Under the pieces are notes generated by a model that saw only the letters and a program-made list of their open reading frames with translations, was not told the origin of the DNA and searched no databases. DNA of 64,000 nucleotides from Candidatus Moanibacter sp. (GTDB lineage Bacteria > Verrucomicrobiota > Verrucomicrobiia > Opitutales > UBA2987). Made by a program: the position numbers and the translations under genes. The stretch spans positions 1 through 64,000 of the forward strand of contig CBDCEW010000075.1 of the NCBI GenBank assembly GCA_965215885.1. Reading direction: 5' to 3'. Below, piece by piece: positions 52,725-61,665 of this stretch; positions within the stretch are counted from its first letter, which is position 1; each line of letters starts with the position of its first letter.

Positions 52725-53690
52725 TTAATAGTACCGCCTCAAATCGATCCCGCGATAAAGGTGAGCCACTTCCTTTTCGTAGCCGTTAAACATGAGCGTC
52801 TTTTGACGGCTGGAAAAGAACCCCCCTCCAATTATCCGTTCCGATGCCTGCGACCAGCGCGGATGGTGTACCGTGGGATTGACATTGGCGAGGAATCCAT
52901 ACTCCCGTGGGGCAATCTGATTCCAGGAGTTGATGGGCTGCTTTTTCGTCAATTCGATGCGGATTATCGATTTTATGCTCTTAAATCCATACTTCCAGGG
53001 AACAACGAGTCGAATGGGAGCGCCATTCTGATTCGGCATCGGCTTTCCGTAGAGACCGGTGCCCATGAAAGAAAGGTCATGCTTCGCCTCCGCCAGAGTG
53101 AGCCCCTCTACGTAAGGCCACTTTATGCTGCCCCGCCGTCGCTGGCCGGGCGCGTTGATCGCGTCAACGAAAGATACAAACTTGACAAACGCTGCCGTGC
53201 TCTTCGGCTGAACCAATTCAAGAAGCTTGCGCAGCGGAAATCCGTCCCAGGGAACCACCATCGACCACGCCTCGACACAACGCAAACGGTAAACGCGCTG
53301 CTCAATCCCACCGACTTTCCTGATCAAGTCATTTACATCCATACGGATAGGATTTTCGACTTCGCCCGTTACTTCCACCGTCCATGGCTCCGTCTTCCAG
53401 CCGCGGTTGGCCAGTTTCTTCACTTCCCCCTTATCGGTGGAAAATTCGTAGAAGTTGTTATAGCTGGTGATGAGTTCAATATCGGTCGGTTCGAGGTCGG
53501 GAAGAGTATATCTGGGATTGCGCTTCGATGGAAAACCCGCCGTCGCACCCCACGTCAGGTTGGGAATCAGTGCTGTTCCGAGCACCCCCTTTCCCAGAGT
53601 CTTTAAGAATTGTCGTCTTTTTCTATAATCTGCCTCCGGCGTCACAGCCGATTCCGGCAATTCCCAACTCGATGGAACCCGTATTTGCAT
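52725..53690 (-). CDS. msrP: Periplasmic methionine sulfoxide reductase molybdo-subunit
   Basis: Tat motif RRQFLK; YNNFYEF, RCVEAWS, VPWKYGFKSIKSI, HPRWSQA. Confidence 0.96.
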   Translation of the reverse strand: MQIRVPSSWELPESAVTPEADYRKRRQFLKTLGKGVLGTALIPNLTWGATAGFPSKRNPRYTLPDLEPTDIELITSYNNFYEFSTDKGEVKKLANRGWKTEPWTVEVTGEVENPIRMDVNDLIRKVGGIEQRVYRLRCVEAWSMVVPWDGFPLRKLLELVQPKSTAAFVKFVSFVDAINAPGQRRRGSIKWPYVEGLTLAEAKHDLSFMGTGLYGKPMPNQNGAPIRLVVPWKYGFKSIKSIIRIELTKKQPINSWNQIAPREYGFLANVNPTVHHPRWSQASERIIGGGFFSSRQKTLMFNGYEKEVAHLYRGIDLRRYY

Positions 53691-53781
53691 AACCTATGTG
53701 ATACGTCGGATCTAGAGAAAATTCCTTACAAATTTATGAACCTGAGGTTACTCCTCAAAGAGATTGTGGGACAATGTCCGA

Positions 53782-54028
53782 GTACGTGTTTAGCGTGCCT
53801 CTAATTGCTGGCTGCCCCGGTCTTGTGCCGGGGTGGCGCGCGTTCCCTGCTATTAACCGTGTGCCTCTACCAACCCCTCCGCCGGTCCTTTCTCGCCTCA
53901 GCCGTGTTCCGGCTGAGGCGAGAAAGGACCGGCGGAGGGGTGCGCGGTGGCAATCGCGTATTGTAGCTGTATACCGTGCGCCACCCCGGCACAAGACCGG
54001 GGCAGCCTCAGAAACGTTAAACACGTAC
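53782..54028. mobile_element. MITE-like element family B
   Basis: TIRs GTACGTGTTTAGCG / CGTTAAACACGTAC; internal GGCTGCCCCGGTCTTG / CAAGACCGGGGCAGCC; diverged copy ~59783-59892. Confidence 0.7.
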
Positions 54029-54293
54029 GAGACCGACAGGCTCTTAGAAACAAGAAAATGAGTACTGGTGGAAGAGAGCTTCAAAAGTGCTTGAGGTGCG
54101 GAAATCACGACCAATATGTCACAGTAACGGAGAAAATCATTCGCTTTCCTTGCAGGTTGTTCATTTGATACATTTAGTGTGATTCATTTCGTCCCAAAGT
54201 TCAATTTTACTTTCTTCAAAGGAATCTGTCGGACCCTAAGTCCGACGGATTTCAAACCTGCATATTTCACACTATGGTAGCGAATTCCGACCA

Positions 54294-54866
54294 ATGTTGA
54301 AGCAAATTGAGTCCCCCCTCGACGAATCCCAGATCAGACTGGCCCTGGAGCAGCAGGGAAAGCTACTTCCCTTCAGGGGATTGCTTTACATCTTCTGGGG
54401 AATCCGCAAATACCAGCTCCCCGTAAACTCCTTTTATATCTGGATCCCGACATTGATCTTTGCCTCTGTCTCTACCTGGGTCTATGCCGGTGTCACGCTC
54501 AGAGATGTCTATCGCCAGCCTCTCACGGGTCAGTTCGTCGCCGCAATTTGGGGTGGTTGTTTCATGGCGGCTGCTCTCATCGTGGTCGTCGGCTATGGCG
54601 GCGGGAGTCTCAGCCTGTTTATTCTGCCCGCCATCTGTGCGGTCATTCTCGGGGTCGGCTATTTCATTCACAGCGTCCTCGATCAACGGTTTATATTCAA
54701 ACTATCCGCCTACTGCTGGTGGCTCGGATCAATTCCCCTGTTCATCAATCCCAATCTGGATGCACTGGCTTGGTTTTCGCTCATGATTATTCTCTTTCAA
54801 GTCCTGCCCGCCACCGGACTATACCTACAGTGGAAATTCAAACCCGACGAAACCGAAGCGTTCTGA
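54294..54866 (+). CDS. Hypothetical multi-pass membrane protein (start uncertain, possibly damaged)
   Basis: Several hydrophobic segments. Confidence 0.55.
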   Translation: MLKQIESPLDESQIRLALEQQGKLLPFRGLLYIFWGIRKYQLPVNSFYIWIPTLIFASVSTWVYAGVTLRDVYRQPLTGQFVAAIWGGCFMAAALIVVVGYGGGSLSLFILPAICAVILGVGYFIHSVLDQRFIFKLSAYCWWLGSIPLFINPNLDALAWFSLMIILFQVLPATGLYLQWKFKPDETEAF

Positions 54867-55082
54867 ACTCTTTCGGTTAGGAAACGTATTCTCACCCCGA
54901 GAAGCAATGTGGGGGGAGGCAAGCGTGGATTTGCGTTTAGCGACAGTAACTCGTAAACGAGTTATACGCCCACTACCTTCCCGCCACTCGATCTCTCTTC
55001 CAAACTTTCGCGTATTTTCGCGTGTTTAGCGGGCAATCTCTCCCCACTCGCATCCCGCATCCAGCAACCCGCATCCCTCCCT

Positions 55083-55700
55083 TCACGTCCCATACAGGCG
55101 ATCTCCAAAATCTCCCAAACCCGGTAGGATGTATTTTTGATCGTTCAGTTCCCGATCGAGCGCCGCCGTGTAGATCTCGAGATCAGGAAATTCACTCTGC
55201 AGCAACTCAACACCTTCAGGCGCCGCCACAATGTTCAAAAAGCTGACATCGGTCCCCCCTCTGTCGTAGACCATCCGGATTGACTGCAACGAAGAACCGC
55301 CTGTGGCCAACATCGGATCCACTACCAGGATGCGTTTCCCTTCCAGCGGCGGCAGTTTGCAATAGTAACTGTGCGCTTCTGCTGTCTCTTCGTCACGTTC
55401 CATTCCTACAAATCCGACCGATACTCCTGGGATCAGATTGACTATCGTGTCAACCATGCTGATACCCGCTCGAAGTATCGCAATTGTCACTATCGGGACG
55501 GCAATCTGTTTGCCTTGGGTCCGCTCCAGCGGAGTTTCAATATCAACCGTAGCCACGGGAAGGTCTTTAGTTGCCTCTAAAGCGAGAATGGCGGTTACTT
55601 GCTTGCTCAATTCCCGGAAGTCGGACGAAGAAGTGTTCTTATCCCGCAAGAGACTAAGCACGTGATCGCACACCGGATGACGGATAATATGTAGCGACAT
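55083..55700 (-). CDS. upp: Uracil phosphoribosyltransferase
   Basis: ILRAG, DPMLATGGS, YILPGLGDFGDRLYGT. Confidence 0.97.
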   Translation of the reverse strand: MSLHIIRHPVCDHVLSLLRDKNTSSSDFRELSKQVTAILALEATKDLPVATVDIETPLERTQGKQIAVPIVTIAILRAGISMVDTIVNLIPGVSVGFVGMERDEETAEAHSYYCKLPPLEGKRILVVDPMLATGGSSLQSIRMVYDRGGTDVSFLNIVAAPEGVELLQSEFPDLEIYTAALDRELNDQKYILPGLGDFGDRLYGT

Positions 55701-55727
55701 TGACTTTAGCTTCTTAGTCCTTGTCCG

Positions 55728-55986
55728 AGGAATCTGTCGGCCTTAGAGTTCCAAACATCCCCGTGGTGCAGATTTCATAGTGAAGGATCGAATTCGGATG
55801 CAGATGAGTCCGACAGATTACTAGTCCCGGCAAGCCGGGAATAAAGAGAGTTCGAAAAAGTCCGATAGGCTGCTAGCCCGGACCTTTTCACAAAACTTCG
55901 TAGCCGAAATCCAAAAGGCGGCGTGACGAAAAACTGCGTGTCAATGCCTTTCCGTAGTACGGCTTGGGCGATCCCGGCGGGCCTAG
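55728..55986. repeat. Stack of CTAG-linked MITE-like elements
   Basis: GGAATCTGTCGG...CCGACAGATTACTAG, TCCCGGCAAGCCGGGA...AGGCTGCTAG, then a family-A left end CTAGCCCGGACC. Confidence 0.75.
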
Positions 55987-56046
55987 GGATTAGGACCCCT
56001 AAGAGGTTAAGAAAGGGAAGGCATTGACACGCGGCTTGAGATCCCT

Positions 56047-56420
56047 CATGTGCGACAGAGGAGAACAAAAGCGATAAGACGCCGACTTAGCAACCTCATT
56101 CTGCCGGTTCCAGACACGGATTTCCGTGATTTTCTGGATGAAGTTGAAGAATTGGCCGGGTTCGCGGCGCAAATCATCGAGGCGATCGAGAAGGATCTGG
56201 ACGCCCATGCTTTCGCGTGAGAAGAAGAAACTTCGATTGGAAGATCGCAGGTTCTTTGAAGGGCGCACACTTACCTCGGAGCTGCCGGAGCTGGACATCG
56301 AGGAGGAGAATATTCTGGCTGCTGAATTGAATCTTGGGGCAGGCCGGCATCGCGGATGCCGGCTTATGCGGTATACGTGTTCGTGATGATTCGAGGGTTT
56401 CTGGGTTCGTTGACCACGAA
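56047..56420 (+). pseudogene. Fragment of the 43560-45110 transposase with several small insertions
   Basis: Matches ~43568-43927 nearly base for base except about four short insertions. Confidence 0.9.
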
Positions 56421-56479
56421 TACCTAGGGCATTGCTTCGGGTTTAATTCCCCGGCTTCGGTCTAATATCAAATGCCTCG

Positions 56480-57418
56480 GGGCTTTGTGCGCGACCTTAC
56501 CTGGTACTGCGGGGATTTCCCGGGGAAACTTCAGTCGGCACGTTCGCAACCGGTCCCGGAGGAAAGGGTTCCAATCAGGCCGTAGCGTCGGCCCGTACCG
56601 GAATATCGACCACATTCGTAGGAGCGATTGGCAGTGACGTATTCGGAGATGCCGTAAAAAAATTCTATGATGCCGAAGGTATCAAACACCAGCTTGTTGT
56701 ATATCCCGACACCCCAACCGGTAACGCGGGGATTTTTGTCTCTGAGAGTGGTGAAAATGAAATCATTGTCGCCCTCGGCGCCAATCTCCGCCTGGCCTCC
56801 GAAGATATCGAAGAGTCCATCCTCGAGAATGCGGAGATTGTAGTCTGCCAGAATGAAATTCGGTTGGAAGCAACCTCTAAGGTCCTCCAAAGAGCGTCCC
56901 GGAATGGCAGAACAACCGTTCTGAATCCTGCTCCACTGACTCCGGAATTCAGTCCCGAATATCTCGACCACGTTGACATTCTCATACCAAACGAGACCGA
57001 GTTTCTGCAATTATCTGGACAAATTGAAAACGATTCTACAACCCCGGTATCAGAGAACGATCTTCGCGAGCTATCGGGAGATGCCTTACACAAACTGTGC
57101 CGTCGAATCGGAGTCGACGGCGTCATCGTCACTCTTGGAGGAACGGGTTGTTTCGTATCTACCACGGACTCGCACCAATTGATTCCCGCCTATCACGATA
57201 TCGAGGTCGTCGATACAACCGGAGCGGGCGATGCCTTTGTCGGAGGCTTTTCCTCCGGCATGGTCCAGTTTGACAAAGACATCCTGAAAGCGGCAGCCTA
57301 CGGAAACGCCGTCGCAGCGCTCTCCGTTACAAAACACGGTACCGCCCGCGCCATGCCCTCAAAACAGGAGATCGATGCCTTTCTGGCCAAGCGCCAAGAT
57401 AACGACAGTGAAGGGTAA
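56480..57418 (+). pseudogene. rbsK: Ribokinase (PfkB family) with damaged 5' end
   Basis: PGET..GPGGKGSNQA and DTTGAGDAFVGG in one frame from ~56519; upstream FVRDLTWYCGDFP lies in another frame; no clean start codon. Confidence 0.8.
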
Positions 57419-57437
57419 ATTCCACGTTTGTTAGTTT

Positions 57438-57526
57438 CGGCCGCAAACGGCCTTCCTACACCTGACTGTCTTCGATCATCCATTCCGCCACATTTCACCG
57501 CGAGGGTAGGAAGCTCGCTTGCGAGC
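57438..57526. repeat. GTAG-type REP-like doublet
   Basis: CGGCCTTCCTAC ... GTAGGAAGCTCGCTTGCGAGC. Confidence 0.7.
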
Positions 57527-57925
57527 AATGAACCCGTTATCTTAGCGCCATTCCAGTTACAGGATGAAAAGCATCTCCCGGCGCACCGGGACTACAGCCT
57601 GCGGTCCAAGCCGTAGCGGAAAGCGGAAGCTTTTCGATCATGTTGGCACCAAATCGGACTACTTTGACCCGCCCGGCAACCCACTCCGCCGCCCGGCCAC
57701 TCTTCCTCTCTCTTTCCTCTTCGTTTCTCTTCCCTGCCCTGAGCCCTGCGGAAGGAGTTTTCTTCTGTTCATATCTCACCGCTGCTTCTCTTCCTCAACA
57801 TCCCAGGCGCCCCACCATTCCAACATTCCAATCTTTATTCTGTTGCCCTTCATTCATTCGTTGCCAACCTTTCTCTATCCGCGATCAGCCGTAAACCTCC
57901 GTATCAATAAATAACTAGAGCAAAC

Positions 57926-59332
57926 ATGAATACTATCAGCCGTCGAATTTTCCTCAAGAACACTGCTTGTGTCACCGCGGGATTTTTCGGTCTTCGGGAG
58001 TTTACGCTATCAACGCTCTCCGTGCAACAGTACGCCAATCAGGCCGACATCTACGGTCCCCTCATTCCCGATCCCAAGCAGATTTTAGACCTTCCCAGAG
58101 GATTTTCCTATACTGTGCTCTCCCGCACCGGGGACTTCATGAGCGACGGCCTTCGCACCCCCGGACGTCCCGATGGCATGGCGGCTTTTCCTCTCACCAG
58201 GAGAAAGACGATCCTGATTCGCAACCATGAAAATTCCCCCGGTCAGACTTTCGAAGGTCCTTTCGGACTCGAAAATGAGCTCCTTCCCACGATCAATCGG
58301 AAAAGCCTCTATGATCCTGGACGAGGCATCCAACCACACCTCGGCGGTACCACCACACTCGTTTACGATTCTAAAAGCCGCCGGCTGACCAAACAGTTCC
58401 TAAGCCTGGCCGGAACTGTTAGAAATTGTGCCGGCGGTCCCACCCCTTGGAATTCCTGGATTTCCTGCGAAGAGAGTGTCGAGCGAGCCGGCGAGCACAG
58501 CGAAAAGGACCACGGTTACAATTTCGAAGTGCCTGCTACTACTGCCATGCGACTGGCGGACCCGGAACCGCTCATGGCAATGGGGCGCTTTAACCATGAG
58601 GCTGTTGCCGTCAACCCGAAGACAGGAGTCGTCTACCAGACGGAAGACCGGGAGGACGGACTCATATTCCGTCTCTTGCCCAGGGAATATGGCAATCTGA
58701 AAGCCGGAGGAGTGCTTCAGGCCCTCGCCGTAAAGGATCAGAAATCCCATGATACTCGCAATTGGCCAGAAATCGAGGGTTCACATTTTCCCATAAACCA
58801 ACCCCTCGATGTCGAATGGCTCGACATGACTGATACCGATTCACCGGACGATGACCTTCGCTACCGAGGTTTTGAGGCCGGGGCCGCGCGTTTCGCTCGC
58901 GGTGAAGGGATGTGGTTCGGGAAGAATGAAGTATTCTTTGCCTGTACTAACGGAGGCGCCAACAAGTCCGGCCAGATTTTCCGCTATATACCGAGTCAGC
59001 ATGAAGGGACCGATCGTGAGCCTGATCATCCCGGTAAACTCGAGCTTTACATAGAACCTAACGATACTTCGCTTCTCGAGTATTGCGACAATCTCACGGT
59101 TGCGCCATGGGGAGATCTCATAATCTGCGAAGATGGTCGCGACGATCAATACGTAAGAGGGTATACTCCTGAAGGTGGGTTATACACCCTCGCCCACAAT
59201 AGTCATTCCAACTCGGAATTCTGCGGCGCCTGTTTCGCTCCCGATCACCCCACTCTATTTCTGAACATTCAGTTCCCCGGTATTACCCTGGCTATCGATG
59301 GACCCTGGCAGCAATCAGCAGAGGTCGTGTAA
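57926..59332 (+). CDS. PhoX/DUF839-family Tat-exported phosphatase
   Basis: SRRIFLK Tat motif; RNHE, NCAGGPTPW..W.SCEE, GRFNHEA, DNL, CED, NIQ.PG. Confidence 0.85.
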   Translation: MNTISRRIFLKNTACVTAGFFGLREFTLSTLSVQQYANQADIYGPLIPDPKQILDLPRGFSYTVLSRTGDFMSDGLRTPGRPDGMAAFPLTRRKTILIRNHENSPGQTFEGPFGLENELLPTINRKSLYDPGRGIQPHLGGTTTLVYDSKSRRLTKQFLSLAGTVRNCAGGPTPWNSWISCEESVERAGEHSEKDHGYNFEVPATTAMRLADPEPLMAMGRFNHEAVAVNPKTGVVYQTEDREDGLIFRLLPREYGNLKAGGVLQALAVKDQKSHDTRNWPEIEGSHFPINQPLDVEWLDMTDTDSPDDDLRYRGFEAGAARFARGEGMWFGKNEVFFACTNGGANKSGQIFRYIPSQHEGTDREPDHPGKLELYIEPNDTSLLEYCDNLTVAPWGDLIICEDGRDDQYVRGYTPEGGLYTLAHNSHSNSEFCGACFAPDHPTLFLNIQFPGITLAIDGPWQQSAEVV

Positions 59333-59439
59333 TTGCATCCGCATTCGCAACCTCACCCGACCTACTCCCGATCTGTCCAACCCCCGTGAACGACGGGCCA
59401 AGGCTAACGTTTACATTGAGAAATGATACGGGAGTGACC

Positions 59440-59661
59440 CTAACTCTCCTCCCGCAAAAACTCCAGGGCCTTCTGATAACTCCGACGTTCCAGAAAGTGT
59501 GCCAGCTGGGGCTCCAACTCATCACCTCTTTCCCTTGCCACCGTATCGAGTTCCTTTGCCGCAAAGATAATTCTCGCGCTGTCGCCACTGCCTGTCTCTT
59601 CTACGATCGTGATCAAATTTTCTCGTATTTGATTGGCTATGTGATCAGCGTGATTGCTCAT
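59440..59661 (-). CDS. Small hypothetical protein
   Basis: 73 aa, ends L.HFLERRSYQKALEFL. Confidence 0.6.
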   Translation of the reverse strand: MSNHADHIANQIRENLITIVEETGSGDSARIIFAAKELDTVARERGDELEPQLAHFLERRSYQKALEFLREES

Positions 59662-60249
59662 AGTCTTAAAGTTCTTGCAAGTTTATTCACTATTCGGGGG
59701 ACCCCTTTCCGCATGGATCGAAATACGGCATTTACAATCAAGCTAAGCACGTATCTGACAGGTGTCGATCTTTCTCGCGAAAGGTATGTGTCTACGGTGC
59801 CTTTATTTACTGGCTGCCCCGGTCTTGCTCGCCACGGCGAAGCCTCGCGCGAAGACGGGTGCCGGGGAAGCCTCAGAAACGCTAAGAAGATACCGCGAAA
59901 GATGCGGGCTAATGCCTCCCGTCGCAACCGTCTTAGGCTTTATCCCATTGTTTCAAAAATTCGAGAAGTGATGAAGAGCAAGGCGCAGACCGGAGAACGC
60001 CTTGGGCGCGTATTCCTTTACGTAACCAAGCGGTCTCCGGTCTGGAACGCAGCTCTTCGCGCTTGTCGGATTCAGGCTTCTTAAGGGCATTTTCTTATAT
60101 TCACATTTAGTGGCGATTGAGAATCACGAGATCTGCATCATAACCCTCTTATTACAAATCATTTATCACCTGCCCTTAAGAAGCCGTTTGAAATTATGGG
60201 CTTTATCGACCGATGACTTTACTATTGTAGGTACGAGGCGGTCTAATAT

Positions 60250-61568
60250 CACTACTGTCCGGTTGTTTTTCTAGGAACGCAGGTTAATCGATTGATAACC
60301 AACATTTTACATATGATTTCTGCTGTTTTCGACTTGAAATTGCAAAAAGCCTTGTGGACTCTCAAAAATTTCGAGGGTCCAAATCATGTATACAGGTCGA
60401 TTCGTTTTTTCTCAAATCATAGATTATCTTCCGCGCCATCAGTTCCATCGTTGCGTCCAACGCTACGGAGGCGACTACAAAGTTCAAAAGTTCAGTTGCT
60501 TCGAACAATTTCTCTGCATGGGTTTTGCCGAGTTGACCTACCGGGAGAGTCTGCGCGACATCGAAACCTGCCTGCGGGCAGTACAACCAAAACTATACCA
60601 CGCAGGGATTCGAAGCGGAGTATCCAAAAGCACGCTCGCCGATGCCAACGAGAAACGAGACTGGCGCATCTACGCCGACTTTGCACAGGTCCTCATCGCA
60701 ATGGCTCGTCCTTTGTATTCAAACGAGGATCTGGGCATCGACCTGGACAATACGCTCTACGCTCTGGACTCCACCACGATCGATCTATGTCTATCACTCT
60801 TCCCGTGGGCACGTTTCCGCAAGCACAAGGGGGCGGTGAAGGTCCATACGCTTCTCGATCTCAGAGGCTCTATCCCTTATTTTATCGAGATTACCGATGG
60901 AAAAGTTCACGACGTAAACATTCTGGATCTCATCATCCCCGAGGCCGGTGCTTACTATGTAATGGACCGAGCCTATCTGCATTACGAGCGCCTCTATCGG
61001 ATCGCACAATGCGGTTCTTTCTTCGTCACACGCGCCCGCCGCGGCTTTCAGTTTCGCCGCCTCTACTCTCAAAAGGTCGACAAATCAACCGGTCTGCGTT
61101 CGGACCAGACCGTTGCCCTGGTCAGCTTCTATCCTGCCAAGGCCTACCCCGAAAGACTCCGGCGTATCACTTACCTCGACCCCGACAGTTCCGAGCGCTT
61201 CGTGTTTCTCACCAACCAGTTTGCCCTCCCAGCCATAATCATCACCCAGATTTACCGTTTACGCTGGCAGATCGAATTGTTCTTCAAATGGATCAAACAG
61301 CACTTGCGCATCAAGAGCTTTTTCGGCACCTCCGAGAATGCTGTGAAGACTCAAATCTGGATTGCCGTCAGCGTCTATGTGCTCATCGCCATCATCCGCA
61401 AACGCCTTCGCCTGGAGATCAGTTTGCACAAAATCCTACAGATTCTCAGCTTCACCCTATTTGAGAAAACTCCTATGACTGAACTACTTACAGAAACCGA
61501 TTACACTTTCAATGAACACCGCATTCCTAAACAGTTGGAGTTGTTTGACTTATAACCGGACAGTACTG
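60250..61568 (+). mobile_element. IS4-family insertion sequence
   Basis: IRs CACTACTGTCCGGTT / CAGTACTGTCCGGTT; 9-bp duplication GTCTAATAT at 60241-60249 and 61569-61577. Confidence 0.93.
60386..61555 (+). CDS. IS4-family transposase
   Basis: DSTTI, MDRAY, Y..RWQIELFFKWIKQ (YREK) motifs. Confidence 0.95.
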   Translation: MYTGRFVFSQIIDYLPRHQFHRCVQRYGGDYKVQKFSCFEQFLCMGFAELTYRESLRDIETCLRAVQPKLYHAGIRSGVSKSTLADANEKRDWRIYADFAQVLIAMARPLYSNEDLGIDLDNTLYALDSTTIDLCLSLFPWARFRKHKGAVKVHTLLDLRGSIPYFIEITDGKVHDVNILDLIIPEAGAYYVMDRAYLHYERLYRIAQCGSFFVTRARRGFQFRRLYSQKVDKSTGLRSDQTVALVSFYPAKAYPERLRRITYLDPDSSERFVFLTNQFALPAIIITQIYRLRWQIELFFKWIKQHLRIKSFFGTSENAVKTQIWIAVSVYVLIAIIRKRLRLEISLHKILQILSFTLFEKTPMTELLTETDYTFNEHRIPKQLELFDL

Positions 61569-61665
61569 GTCTAATATCTTTAATGAAAACTCCCAGTCCC
61601 TGCGAGCCTGGACGGGAAATTACCAAGTTAGATCTCCTTCAACGGGATAAGAGAAGTCCATAACG

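Noticed and set aside
56458..56470. 13-nt match (CGGTCTAATATCA) to the IS4 left junction
   Set aside because: Single short match in a poor-quality-looking region; no IS4 end follows
57660..57860. Pyrimidine-rich low-complexity tract
   Set aside because: No periodicity, ORF or stable structure I can support
60292..61464. 390-aa alternative-frame ORF overlapping the IS4 transposase
   Set aside because: Arg/Ser/Pro-rich off-frame composition; starts without a clear RBS
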